Source: Setoptus koraiensis (taxonomy: Eukaryota > Animalia > Arthropoda). Taken from it: 64,000 nucleotides of DNA. Both the position numbers and the translations under genes were made by a program. Position 1 is the first letter of the stretch. Each line of letters opens with the position of its first letter. The notes below the pieces were generated by a model. The model did no database searches. It was not told the DNA's origin and worked only from the letters and a program-made list of their open reading frames with translations. The stretch covers positions 24,180,001-24,244,000 of the forward strand of contig CM106586.1 of the NCBI GenBank assembly GCA_048013815.1, given 5' to 3'. Below are positions 41,501-52,694 of the stretch, piece after piece.

Positions 41501-43551
41501 AGCAGCAGCAACAACAGCAACAACAAAACCAACGACACCAACCATCGGGGGCAATATTGGCGAAACATGAAAGAATTAGAAGTTTCTCTTCATTTAAGCA
41601 TAACCAACAGAACACTGCAATTGCAATTAGTAATGATAGTAGTATCACGTTGGACGCGGGCGATTTTGTTGGACGCGCAACATTCACAAGATGTAACAAC
41701 AGTAACATTGGTTTGTCTGGTGTTAGTGGTACCAATAATAAGCAATTACAATTAATCAAATTAGAGAATTGCCTAGCTGGTAAGAATACGAGCGCCAATC
41801 AACAGCAATCATCGTCTTCGAGTGACACAAACAGTGATTTTTATCAATCTACAGTGGCCAGTGATAATCATCGTAGACACTTGTCGGTATCAACAGCATC
41901 AAATATTATAAGCGATGACATAACATTGCGAATTGACAGCAACAATATTGGCCAGCAACACGATAATAACATCTCGTTGAAACACAATGAAAAGTTGCCC
42001 ACCAATAATAAAGACAACAACAATTGTCTAAATCAAGAGATCAACAACAACACAACAACAGCAACATCACGACAGCTTACAGTTCCGCCAAAACCGCCTA
42101 GAAGAAAGAATCGTTTAACGGCCTATTTCAGTCGCAACAAGGTTGCCTCTAGTTTGGCCTCATCATCTAACCATTCCTCGAGCGAGTCGTCAACTTATTC
42201 CAATTGTTCCTCTTCTGATCCGCTCAACTCACCTGGCGCCTCATCGGACGAAACAGATTGCGAGGCTCTTAGGTTGCAGGAATCAAGAGAGGCTAAATTC
42301 GTTGAGATAAACAAGATGAATAATAACTGTAATAATAATATTACTATGAATAGCAAGCAACAAATTGATGATGTTTGCCTGACCACAAGCAACACTAAGC
42401 AGCACCATCTATTAACTAGATCCACAAACTCTAATCCATCAGGTTTTGTGACAAATGTAACAAAGAAGATGGCGCCACTTCCACCAACTTCAGTGCAGCC
42501 GCCGGCACCTCCGCCGCTGCCACCCATGCCCATTATCCATTTGCAGTTGCAGTGCAAGTCCAGTGATAGATTTATCTCTAATTCGTCTAATAATAATAAC
42601 GACGATGATAACCTAATTAAAGGTGCAAACTGTGATTCCAAATCATTGAATCGCAGTTTCGCAATTACCAACAACAACAGCAGTAGCAATGTCAACAACA
42701 AGGCCAACTGTCATTCGAATCTCATGGAGGAAGTTGTGAGGGGCAAGTTGTTGAATCACATTGATTTGGATGCCATTCAAGAGGACAAAAGGCAACAACG
42801 ACTGCGAGAGAGTCTTCTCATGCAAATAAAGGACGGTGTCAAATTAAATCATGTTGATTTGAACAATTCTCAGCAAGCTAACAATGCGCGAACACAAAGC
42901 AATGGCAACAGTAAACTGGCAAAAAATGACACTTATAATCATGGTGATTGTGATGCCAACAAACTCAAGACAACAACAAACAACAATTGTCAGCCAACTG
43001 GCCTAGCCATGGTGCTGGCTAGAGCTTTGCAAGAAAGAAATAGAGCTATACAACAAACGGATGAAAGTGATTGCAACAGCAGTATTGATGATATAGATAG
43101 TTGTGATGGTTTTCAGGATGACGACGACGACGACAACAACAACGACGACCATGACAAATACGCACACAAACACCATGAACACGGACAGAAAGCCGACCAG
43201 CCAAACAACAACTACAGTGAACATACAGCACAAGAGAACAAGAATATTCTAATTAGCTCGTCGACGAACCTATCCGATAGCCGAGCCACAAAAAATACCA
43301 ATTATTGTCAATCAATACAAACCCCAACTGATGTGAAACAATCGAACGAGTCGAATGGCGACAGCAAGCAACAGCAACAAACGAATAATAAGGATATTGT
43401 GACAAACAACTCGTTTCAACCGAATACAACATCGACAGATAGTGAGCAGCACAACAATGGACACAATTCTAATGACAACAACCCATCTGTAACAACTGAT
43501 ACAACTGATCAGGACAACAACAATGATGAGAGCATTTGGGAAAGACTATGA
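38563..43551 (+). CDS. WASP/N-WASP-family actin nucleation-promoting factor, single exon, Q/N/D-inflated, no WH1 domain recognised
   Basis: GBD-like helix segment DMRDILETLG...EAQLLDNPDALMLIYEI (cf. WASP [28 protein letters not shown]). Pro patches. Two WH2 motifs (LMEEVVRGKLLNHI, RESLLMQIKDGVKLNHV), a C helix GLAMVLARALQERNRAIQ, and an acidic tail with Trp (DESIWERL). Confidence 0.75.
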   Translation: MYFDLCDDTTVNPSRPVDRVKKSNKTTNNNNTDSNSRQSMSSHSFKETFLNKLLFRSSASHQQQQKQQQQQQQQQKSDSPDNKINQDKKSSNNANQQQTANSNNSNNVIIKDAKVSRQKSHQCKKQQAMQIQTNGQITSTDKMIVASSAQTLLQQHLGQNFILATSKEHHLHHYKSQQQQQQHLAQPQQLRQNNDHNNHKFNLIRNITNNNPIAATKCHLPPRLKAILPTHKIRLLNNNNCGWHPIAHQLNTNNQTVIQDHQHHDKHQTTTATTQQQPFICASVSSHRAINRHKSLLNDMHHRKQTIIGLERGITQKVTSVSITANKGEIPLVEPPTRKRFSRKQLFGANRSHFYRQHQVMRQQQQQQQQQQVDLISNTDLHMPASSDNGNNSSRLIMSADANHWHLEHREDISMDQQYSSSPSSSLSDLSHGLKGNGSGGEGGLVSSEWPPFRPRRHNNNIGPGNNRNKYANQQLFLAQQQQRQQQRHQQRQQNNDKDIETPTTTDMNTKNKMTYNKQLQTTKYLQSNVRTNNNSEIISRRCNGLELANANDKDSQLDSLHNHSSFTSSGSSCSSSSSSSNHSNANLTADNNGGNKVRSKKQLQQDMRDILETLGAIDSDLEAQLLDNPDALMLIYEIYRQQQQEQERCNNTTPSNLSVNSSRNGKGLSLSLSNLDSVQQHNNSNRHNNCPIQANQQHNQQQYLHHNHNHHHHNHDHHNHQLQQQQQLHNIDNKTRIHAPKQVNNEGNIIKLRNNSSSGLLMAKSQHNHNQNQNHNDIDCSRCDSQLSTASGYRANRLSPPSHDRRQSVFKHQHASLINLSSSDIDDSFRQSAHSDNHHLIQCLPASVQATTTTTTTSSSSSKLHICRDNLNTSLNSIINEAIAASNARDIIVVLDDDVDLNDIVNLENDDEEEDEQGVNEFHDLQDDLDDDDDDDDDELDVDDSGQECPDDPDLVSYHHQQLIWNNKFKTIRTTTTIQQQQQQQQQNQRHQPSGAILAKHERIRSFSSFKHNQQNTAIAISNDSSITLDAGDFVGRATFTRCNNSNIGLSGVSGTNNKQLQLIKLENCLAGKNTSANQQQSSSSSDTNSDFYQSTVASDNHRRHLSVSTASNIISDDITLRIDSNNIGQQHDNNISLKHNEKLPTNNKDNNNCLNQEINNNTTTATSRQLTVPPKPPRRKNRLTAYFSRNKVASSLASSSNHSSSESSTYSNCSSSDPLNSPGASSDETDCEALRLQESREAKFVEINKMNNNCNNNITMNSKQQIDDVCLTTSNTKQHHLLTRSTNSNPSGFVTNVTKKMAPLPPTSVQPPAPPPLPPMPIIHLQLQCKSSDRFISNSSNNNNDDDNLIKGANCDSKSLNRSFAITNNNSSSNVNNKANCHSNLMEEVVRGKLLNHIDLDAIQEDKRQQRLRESLLMQIKDGVKLNHVDLNNSQQANNARTQSNGNSKLAKNDTYNHGDCDANKLKTTTNNNCQPTGLAMVLARALQERNRAIQQTDESDCNSSIDDIDSCDGFQDDDDDDNNNDDHDKYAHKHHEHGQKADQPNNNYSEHTAQENKNILISSSTNLSDSRATKNTNYCQSIQTPTDVKQSNESNGDSKQQQQTNNKDIVTNNSFQPNTTSTDSEQHNNGHNSNDNNPSVTTDTTDQDNNNDESIWERL

Positions 43552-44087
43552 TAATTAGCTATAAATAAATTAAATGTTTATACATACGCATATGTAATCA
43601 CATGATGCCACTGACCAGAACTGCCATTGATTCCCCGATTGAGGCACCCAATTGATGATGATGCAAACTATTGTGACGCCACAAACTTTTTCATCATCAA
43701 GCAGCTGATTTCGTCTGCTCACCATCAAGTGATCTAGATTGAGACCGGCTAGAAATGGGGCCCGATATTTTATTATTTCTGCAGTTATAGTTGCTGGTGA
43801 TGCTGAACAGCATGGTATCGCTTATGAAGTCTCATGAAATGTTTACGTTATTCAGAGATCTGATCGCTTTGTTCACATGTCATTTTATTGTGTTAGATAG
43901 TGTGGCGCTTACGAACGCAGATCGTTATAATTTTGAGGATAAATGTCACGATATTGATCACGATATTGGTGACACTTTTTTTCTTTTTCCTTAATTTTCT
44001 TGAGATTTGCGAGATTGAGTCAGAAGTGGGGAATATCAAATCAACCTTGCCGACCTACAATCTCCTCGCATCAGTCCAATGACTGAA

Positions 44088-44445
44088 AAGATTACTAATT
44101 AAATCGCATCTTATCATAACACGCTCTATATCCTCCACTTGCGTTTCGAAAGACACCTCAAAAAGAAGAGTCACAGATGAAAGAAAAATTAGGAGGAGAT
44201 ACGGTGACCAAAACGTGCCTACTGGCAGCCTCTTATTGCACTCCAAAGATAATATATTAGTATGCGGATCATATCACGAGGCCCATACCATTTGTAATAA
44301 CTGTTACGATTTGATTAGAAAGGAGACACTGCCTATCATCGAGTCAATCAGAGAAGCAAAAGAGATACTGTTACAAAAGAGGTCCTGTTGAGGTATAAAG
44401 GTAAACAAGTGGACCACTCACGGACTCTAGTCATAATCATACAAT
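44088..44445 (+). pseudogene. Degraded copy of MRPL32 (and its 3' flank)
   Basis: Aligns to 17668-about 18210. It lacks the ATG, has a 9-nt deletion removing KCG from the CGKC zinc motif, carries frameshifts, and has a deletion of about 170 bp at the 3' end. Confidence 0.92.
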
Positions 44446-44489
44446 TTGCTATTATGCCAGATGATGCTTTTCGTTTTTTCATATTTTCA

Positions 44490-44960
44490 GTTAGTTAGTT
44501 TAGAGTCTAGTTTCTGACACCAACAACTAAACATTTCCCCTTTAAAAATATTTGATTCTATCCAATAAGCTCGAGATTCCGCATCCAAAATGCGAGGATT
44601 AAAATTCCCCGAAGAAACTTTTTGTTGCTTCGTAGCTGATTTCGTTTGAGAAAGTAAAAAAGTTGCAACCTCTTCAAAACCGCACAATGTCGTGGTTCCT
44701 TATCTAACCAGCGGCAATTTCCCATTAGTTGACATGTATTCTGCATTCTTCACCTTCATGAGAACACATTCGATGTCTGATATCTTGAATGAGGCATTAC
44801 TACTCTCACTACTGGCCGGGTCACACAATAATATTTGAGATGGCAGTGGCTGATATAATTCGCATTGCTCGTGGTTGTCGAATAAACCGAATCGAAGAAT
44901 ATTTCTCACTTGTATGTCAACTGGTTCCTGTATACTGCTAGCAGAGTCATCATTTTCCAT
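44490..44960 (-). pseudogene. Degraded copy of metaxin-2
   Basis: Aligns to 18260-19093 (MENDDSASS...NAEYMSTNGKLPLVR*), with a premature stop, frameshifts, and a deletion of about 350 bp of the 3' half. Confidence 0.92.
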
Positions 44961-45000
44961 AATTATCTAATGATGGTACTGTCGATAATTAATTAATAAT

Positions 45001-45535
45001 TAACTTGGACCCATCATCAGCTTCATGCTGATATTCGGACACGTTTAGTGATTTATTAATCACTCTTGGTATATCCTTAATCCGTTGCCAGCTCTTTTTG
45101 GAATAATTTCGGATAACTCTTTTTGGGACATGTTTGGAAAGTCAAAGTTCATGACAATATTGACTGCTCGAATGTCTATAGCATTATGGCTGAGTGAGAA
45201 GGTCTGTTAGTGATATACAAAATGTAAAATGTAAAATATAAATTTGTAAGTTAGTGGTGATGACAAGTGTGACATCTAGGGACGGCTCCCGTTTGCTCGT
45301 GACACTCGATTATCATACCTGAACAGACGAGATTTGTGCATGGGCCTTTGCGGAAATGAAGCAAGACACAGTCACAATGAGCTTGTGACATGTTTGCGTG
45401 GATATATTAATTATATATCCACGCGTGATAGGTAGTAGCAGGAGTAACATATGTCCGCTTGTTGTGGTGATGCAATCGAGAAGGAGTGATGTAAAGTGGA
45501 AAAGGTGAATAGAGACAACGGATAAATTGAATCAT
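45001..45535 (-). pseudogene. Degraded copy of the DDX6 3' portion (last two exons, intron 4 and part of intron 3)
   Basis: Aligns to 13784-about 14572, with many indels. Retained intron sequence shows a DNA-level duplication rather than retroposition. Confidence 0.88.
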
Positions 45536-45781
45536 TACTTGTCATATGAGAAAGACAATACAATGATAAATTGAGATACAATGTGAGTTTAGAGAATAAA
45601 TTGATCGAGTTGCGCGAGGGAAAGTTTCACTTTAGATGTGTACAATCTAATGTTTATTGTTATCTATAGGGTCATATCTACACATTGATAGTATGGGCTT
45701 GTTAGATGTTGTTGTTAGCATACTATTCTGTGGATGGATAAATTACATTACGTATGTGTGTATAGATGAGATCGGTGTGTT

Positions 45782-47437
45782 TCATTCCGACGATGAACTG
45801 CCAGGAGAATAGGCCAATTGATAAGGAATTTGATGATGATGATGATGGTGGTGATTATGATGAACAGTTGATGGTTGATTAAGATGATTTAAGTGATGAT
45901 TATGATGATGATTGTGATGATGTTTTGATTTGGCCTCGGCAGCTCTGTCTCGTTGTCTTCGATTCTTAAACCAATTGCCCACTTGTGTTGGCGTCAATCC
46001 GGTTGCTTGCGCTAATTCACGTTTTTTACTAGGATTTGGATATTGATCTTGTAAATACCATTCTCGCAATAATGATCTCGTTCTTTCTTTAAAACAATGA
46101 GTCTTTTGTTCGCCGTCCCAAATAGTTCTGGGCAACGGATATTTCTTTCTAACTCTATATTTGTCTACTGGACCTAAAGCACGACCGCGCAATTTCTCTG
46201 CCTCTAAATAATGTGCCTCTAACCACATTGATTGTAGTTTTTGATGTGATTCCTTTGAGAAACGATGCGATTCTAATATCTGATACAATTCATTGTAATT
46301 GCCCAAATGATAGGCCACCAATGCCTTGGCTCTCAGCACAGGCTCCAATTCGCTCAATTCATGTGACACGGGCAACGACCATAGGAACCGGCCCAATCGT
46401 TCAATGTCACCCGATTCCTCTAATGTCTCTAAAACGGCGGCCACTTGCGATGACGTAAACGGCATCGAGGCGGCCGCGCTGGCGCCGCCAAAACAATCAC
46501 CGGATTGGTTTGAATTGGCGGCCGCTGCTGCGGCTGCCGCCATCAACGCCGACTGAGCCTGACTCGAAATGGGCGCAATTGCGGCCGGTAACGGTGGTTG
46601 CTGTTGTGCTGATTGTGGTGGTGTTGTTGATGGTGGTTGTGGTTGTTGTTGTCTCTGGTGTTGTTGTTGTTGCTGTTGTCTCTGTTGTTGTTGTTGCTGT
46701 TGTTGTTGTTGCTGCTGCTGTTGTTGCTGTTGTTGTTGCTGTTGTTGCAACATAAATTGCATTGCCTGTGCCAGTGCTTGTGCGTGTGCCGCAGCAAACG
46801 CCTCGAGAGCCCCATGAATTGAGGCCGCCGCTGCCGCGCTCATTTGAGGTGATTGTTGTTGATGATTGTTGTTGTTGTTGTTGTTGTTGCTGTTGTTAGT
46901 GGTGCTGCTGCTACTATTGGTGGATGTGCTGGTGGTTGTGGTAGGGGGCGCTAAAATACTAGGAAGTGCTGATAATAGCTGCTGGTGATTTGTTGTCAAT
47001 TGTTGCAATTGTTGCTGCTGTTGGTGCTGCTGCTGGTGCTGCTGTAGTTGGTGGTGGTTGAGGTGGTTGTGGTGTTGTTGTTGTTGTTGTTGCTGTTGTT
47101 GCAAGAGACTATGATGAAATTGGTTCAAATTTATGCTGCCATTATTGTGTAATGAGTGATGCTGATTGCGATGATTCATGAAACCATTGCTACCATTGTT
47201 TTGTTGCTGGTGCAAGTGTGAGGCTGGCACAGGAGACTCTCGCGACGACACAGCTGCGCTGCTGCTTCTGCTGCTACTTCCGCTGTGATTGTTGTTGTTG
47301 CTGTTGTTGTTGCTGTTGTTTATGTTGTTGTTGTTGTTACTATTGATGCCTATATTGATTAGGCTATCATCGTCGTCTATAATACTAATTGGTGATATGG
47401 AACGCGAGCTCGCGCTTGAATTAGTGGACGACTTCAT
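45782..47437 (-). CDS. Optix: SIX3/6-class homeobox protein (Optix), single ORF with a long poly-Q/N/H/A N-terminus
   Basis: Six domain ([20 protein letters not shown]...[22 protein letters not shown]) and a homeodomain beginning with the Six3/6-diagnostic QKTH tetrapeptide ([18 protein letters not shown]...[12 protein letters not shown]). Confidence 0.94.
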   Translation of the reverse strand: MKSSTNSSASSRSISPISIIDDDDSLINIGINSNNNNNINNSNNNSNNNNHSGSSSRSSSAAVSSRESPVPASHLHQQQNNGSNGFMNHRNQHHSLHNNGSINLNQFHHSLLQQQQQQQQQHHNHLNHHQLQQHQQQHQQQQQLQQLTTNHQQLLSALPSILAPPTTTTSTSTNSSSSTTNNSNNNNNNNNHQQQSPQMSAAAAASIHGALEAFAAAHAQALAQAMQFMLQQQQQQQQQQQQQQQQQQQQQQRQQQQQQHQRQQQPQPPSTTPPQSAQQQPPLPAAIAPISSQAQSALMAAAAAAAANSNQSGDCFGGASAAASMPFTSSQVAAVLETLEESGDIERLGRFLWSLPVSHELSELEPVLRAKALVAYHLGNYNELYQILESHRFSKESHQKLQSMWLEAHYLEAEKLRGRALGPVDKYRVRKKYPLPRTIWDGEQKTHCFKERTRSLLREWYLQDQYPNPSKKRELAQATGLTPTQVGNWFKNRRQRDRAAEAKSKHHHNHHHNHHLNHLNQPSTVHHNHHHHHHHQIPYQLAYSPGSSSSE

Positions 47438-47689
47438 GATTTAATTGTAATAATTGTATCACTATTCACTTATGTGCTGCTACCTATATGAATGCTAGTG
47501 ATGATGTGAAATGAATGAAGGACATGACACGACAATGATATATACCGCGATAGTGGCTCCCTTTGTCGGATACATGGCGAAACTGATTGTGCGCATGCGC
47601 TCGCTGCAAACAACACAATTGGGGGGGGGGAAGGGCTGGTACAATATCTGCAATATTAACTGCAACTTAACTGCAACTTTTGCCAGCAC

Positions 47690-47729
47690 TGTTAACAGCA
47701 ACAAACAAGGCAAACTTTTGCCATTTATA
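47690..47729 (-). promoter_or_regulatory. Candidate Optix core promoter (TATAAAT with an Inr-like ACAGT about 30 nt downstream)
   Basis: Minus-strand TATAAAT at 47729-47723, about 290 bp upstream of the ATG. Motif spacing is the only support. Confidence 0.25.
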
Positions 47730-50700
47730 GCTCTACCTTCACCAACTGCCCTCACCTGTGCTGTTGCCCCCCACTAACATGAAGGTATAAAAACATGAGG
47801 GTATAACAATAACAATATCGGGGTATTTTGTTGTCGGTGCCCTGGTGAGTGTAGTTGGTACCTGTTTGTTTATTAGCTGTTTCTATTGTTTATTGTGTGC
47901 AGTGGGTTGCTTTTTGTTGCTTCTTTGGCTTTTTGCAAAACGGATAATTGTTAGTGTTGCTAGGCAACAGCAAAAGTTAAGTGATACTGAGGCAACTTGA
48001 AACAGCCGCCGGTTGTTGTTGCTGTTTGACAGTTGTGAGCCAATCAAATAAATCACAATTACAATACTAGTCACAATTATAATTGCGTAATTATAATAAA
48101 AATAAAGGATAGCGAGTTGTGTGGTGTTACAAGTGGCGCTTGTGATCATGTAACTAATACTGATATATAATGCGAAGTAGTGCTGTCGGCTCAATTGCTC
48201 TGACCAGTGGTCATTTGTGACTCTCACAAGTTGCGCCGAACAGCCACGGGCACACATTACCTGTGTCTGCATTAGCTGCCACGATGTGTATTACCTGTGC
48301 TCCATGTATTACCTGTGCCAACCATGCACTAACTGTACCAGCTGTATGTGTAATAGGTGTATGTGTTAGGTTATTAGGAGTGATGAGGCTAGCACAAGTG
48401 AACGATTACCAAATTAAATTACCTGAGCGCCTCTTCTTACTATGAGATAATCAATTTTTGGAGCTTACTTGCTAAGCCATGGAGCCTGCTTACTAACCTG
48501 GCTCTACGTGCATTTGCCATTTGCACAGTGCACATTATAACTTACATTATATAACTTGTATTATATAACTTGTATTGGCCGCTGACCATCGCTACTATCA
48601 CTGTGCGATTGTTGATGATTACGCAACAAGCCTATATTGCTACAGTTAGTGGTCGCTTTTTTATTCACTGCCCATGATAGCGAGCAAACTGCACACAGCA
48701 TGCAGTGATACATGTTGCGTAATAATCATATGTAAATATATAATAACTCGTTTGCTTTTCTCTCGCCGGCACAATTTGCCACTCACGCACACAATTTACG
48801 CCGCCAAACCAGCTCGTGGTAAAATCACCTAAATCATCGCTGCAGTTGTTGCAGTTGTTGCTGTTGTTGGTGTTGTTGTTGGTGTTGTCGGCGGCGCTGG
48901 TGATGATGGACACACACATCGAAGGCACTCTGTCCGCGTGCAACTAATGGTTAGGTGCATAAATTTAATTTTTACTTTTGCGCGCCATCTCTCACACCGT
49001 GAGAGGTGCTACCGCCGCTAACAAGGTAAGCAGACGACCACCACTTACAATTGTTAAATATATTGTAAAATATTGCATGTCACACACAATATGAATATGC
49101 AAGTGAACACCTAAGGCGACAGTAACACAGCAAATAATAACAATTGGCACCCACAATATCTGCACACTTGATATGATGGTCAGCGTGTATTACGTAACAT
49201 CAGATTGATGGGTGCTAGCTGCGTACGTTCGGCCTGATATACGTATGGTTTGGTTAATATGTCATAATGACACGTTGCTACACCAATGTATGCGATTGAG
49301 CGACCACCAAGTGAGCACTCAGCCAATCACAATTACCATTTACAATTTACAATTTGCTCTACTTAACAACAAACTTTGCACTTTACAAGGTGCAAATACA
49401 AGCCGAGGTGATCATTGCGCATTGATCGCGTTACTCGTCATAGAGGCACAGGGATTATATTATAGAGAGCGATGAGTAAAACGATGCTGGAATCACGTGA
49501 TATATGGTCAGTTAGTTGGTTCAGTCGTGCAGGTTATCGTGCAGTTTAGTCAGTTAGTGTGAGTGTGTGTGCCAGTGTGAGTGCAGTGATTTGCCATGCT
49601 GCGATTAGGCTCACCAGTGCGATTAGAGGTGTTGTTGTTACGTAAACGTGTGATATAACACACGTGTAATATAACGTGAAATTAAGTATAGCGGCAGTAG
49701 TAGTAGTAGTAGGTTAGTTTATAAATAATAATAATACTGACAAGTGAGTGCAGCGAGTTGCACGTGCAAAATGAATGAGTGCAATTATTGCTTACTCAAC
49801 TACTTAGAGGGATCGAAATAGCAAGAAATCTTGTTAATGAGCTGATCATTAGAGAGCATTAGTTGGTGTTGGTGTTGGTGTGTTGATCAATCACATCACC
49901 TCTACACTAACAGACTGTGAGTCTGGATTGAGGCTTTACAATTCTCGGCAACAACATCATCAAAAACAGCAACATTGCCGACAACAACAACACCGTCAAC
50001 AACAACAACAACATCAATGGCAACGACAACCTATCAGCTACATGCGCTCGATAGAGATGTTACTATCATGATCGCTGAACCCGACAATACACACGACAAA
50101 GGAAGAGAGATGATTAATCATCGCCAATTCATCCATTTGTCGATAAACGAATCAATCCGATTTGCAATTGGAATGGTTGTTGTTGTTGTTGTTGCTGTTG
50201 TTGTTGGACGCAAACAAACAATCACAACAAACAGCTGATTTGGAGCTCGACTGATAGATTTGATGATTCAATCGCCGATTCATATGCCAGTATTATCTAT
50301 CGACAGGTGTCTACATGTGAGGCTAGCTATTGTTATGGTATTGTTATGCTTGACACAGCCAACTGGACAGACATTGGCCGCTGCTGTTGACTAATAACAG
50401 TTATCACAGTTACACTAACAGCAGTTACTGTGTCTTGTTTGTAAACAATCAACACAAATATACAAATACTACTACACTTATTGTAGACGCACAAATAAGC
50501 GGCTGGGACAAATATTAAATGAGCTTCTTTTATGCAACTGTCATGCAACTGTTACGCAACTATTATGTCGACTAGCCCCAATTGGAGGCGAGCAACTTTT
50601 TTGTTGTTATCGTTTGTTGTTGTCGTTTGTTGCTGTCGTTTGTTGTTGTGTCAACGTACGAACCAATATCAATGTGAGCACCACCGACAACAGCAGCAAC

Positions 50701-51709
50701 TCCATTGAATCAACTCTATCTGTGCGCTTAACTAGCCTTACATCAGCTCGTTGTGAGCACACTCACAAACTGTACAAACTTTATTTACTGTATTTATTTA
50801 TTTTCATGCTTTATTCATTAATTAACACTTTGTACAACATATTACCATATTGACAGCGAGTGGTAATGAAGAGACAACTTTTATCCATAACTGGCTGCCG
50901 TTGTTGCTGTCGTTGTTGGTGTTGGTGTCGCTACAACAAGTTTGGTATTGTTGTTGTTGTTGTGCAGCTATCAAGTGTTGTCAAACTTAAACTCGCTGCA
51001 TCAGCTCATTAGTGTTGCTTTCCAATCAACGGCAGCACAGTTACAGTGTGCGATGATGGGGCCCAATCAACAACATTTAGCATTTAGTACATTTAGCACT
51101 TTTGGCACATGACACACGAGAGCGATTTGATGACAGCTCAGCATGCCCTAGAGCGCCCCAAATGCTCATTGTTTGACTGGCTGGCTGGCTGACACAATTC
51201 ACAGTCGGGCACACAGTTGACCTAGCAAGGATAGTGATTGTCAAATACTAATAAAAACACTGCATAACGGAAACAACTCTCTCTCTCTCTCGCCTCGTAT
51301 CTGTCGATATATTTACTCACAATCACACTCCAATTGCAGCCATGTGAACTAACTGTCAAACAATGTTTGGCCAACATTGAAACATAAATAACAACAAGCG
51401 TATAAATAATAAAATCACAGACCGGAAAATGGGTCAGTCTAGTGAATAGACAAGCGACAGATAAACAGCGACAACAACAACAAGTCGTGGTATCATCAAC
51501 TCGGTTTTGTGTCACCATCATGCGCCACTCTCACTAATCATGCGCTCAACTCTCTCACACAAGCTAACCGTTATGATGTCATTGTTGTCATGTCGTTGTC
51601 ATGATGTCATTGCATTGCCATTGATTGTCTCTCTCACTGTCCGGAAATTGGCACCGGAACCAGTCTCGCTGGTCACGTGTGTCAAGTATGTGCTCTATGT
51701 GTGCGGTGT

Positions 51710-51765
51710 CACTGGTCATGTCGCTGGTCATGTCGCTGGTTATGCGACTGGTTATGCGACTGGTT
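51710..51765. repeat. Degenerate 12-bp tandem repeat (tcgctggtcatg-like) x4-5
   Basis: Direct inspection. Confidence 0.75.
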
Positions 51766-52630
51766 GCACTTGTTGACTTGTAGCCCCTATTGTCGCCGCC
51801 AACAGCGTCATCACGAGCAGCACAGATTTAATCTTGCTCATACCATCATGATAATCGGCACAATCAGCATCACGCAAACGTGATGACAACTATATGCTGC
51901 CACTATAGTGCAACCAAAATACCAACCATTCAGGCGCTGCCTCAATGATTAAATGACCAGGTAATCCACGTACACCCAAAACTACTTCCGGTTCGTGTGC
52001 TCACTCTCATGAACACACACACACACTCTTTATACTGTGCACAGTCTGCACTAGTATACAGATCAAGTATTTGTAAATAGTGCTCGTTTAGCCAGTCAAC
52101 TAGAGCAATTTGCACGTGCTGTGCCAAAAGACACGCGCACGCACACACTTTTCGGCACAGCGGTTTTGGTTGGTACTAAACACACTGCACTTTACCGGTA
52201 TCCATAGTACCCAACCAACTACATACTATAATATAATATACTGCATAATATTACATAACCACATGCATCAATAGCGATAGGTTAAGGTGCAGTTATGGTG
52301 TAATTGTATCAATAATAGTGGTGCACGCGCAAATAGAGCAGTAGCGTGCTTATTGCGCAATTGCACACACTCAATAAGTCGTGCACGCGTTTCGTACGCT
52401 CGCCTGAGCACACTATTTGGGTTATGCAGCCAATGGAATCGCTGAGCTTGCTCTGGTTTGCAATCTGTTCCAAAGTGCACACTTACACTTACACACAATT
52501 TGGCAAACAAAGTGATTATGTAACTTGTGTATCACTTGATACTTTTCTGTGTCGCTCACTGTCGATCATGCAAGACACACGAGATGAATGGTGTTGCAAC
52601 TAGCAATAGAAGCGCCATAGAATCAATATT

Positions 52631-52632
<2 letters not shown>

Positions 52633-52690
<58 letters not shown>
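52633..52690. repeat. (GT)29 microsatellite
   Basis: Direct inspection. Confidence 0.95.

Positions 52691-52694
<4 letters not shown>

Noticed and set aside
43780-44087. Exon-like segment preceding the MRPL32 pseudogene
   Set aside because: It has an acceptor-like site but stops in the plausible frames and no match elsewhere in the window, so its origin is unresolved.
44088-45535. Retropseudogene origin or assembly duplicate
   Set aside because: The copy contains three genes on both strands plus intergenic and intron sequence, and carries many substitutions and deletions relative to the parent.
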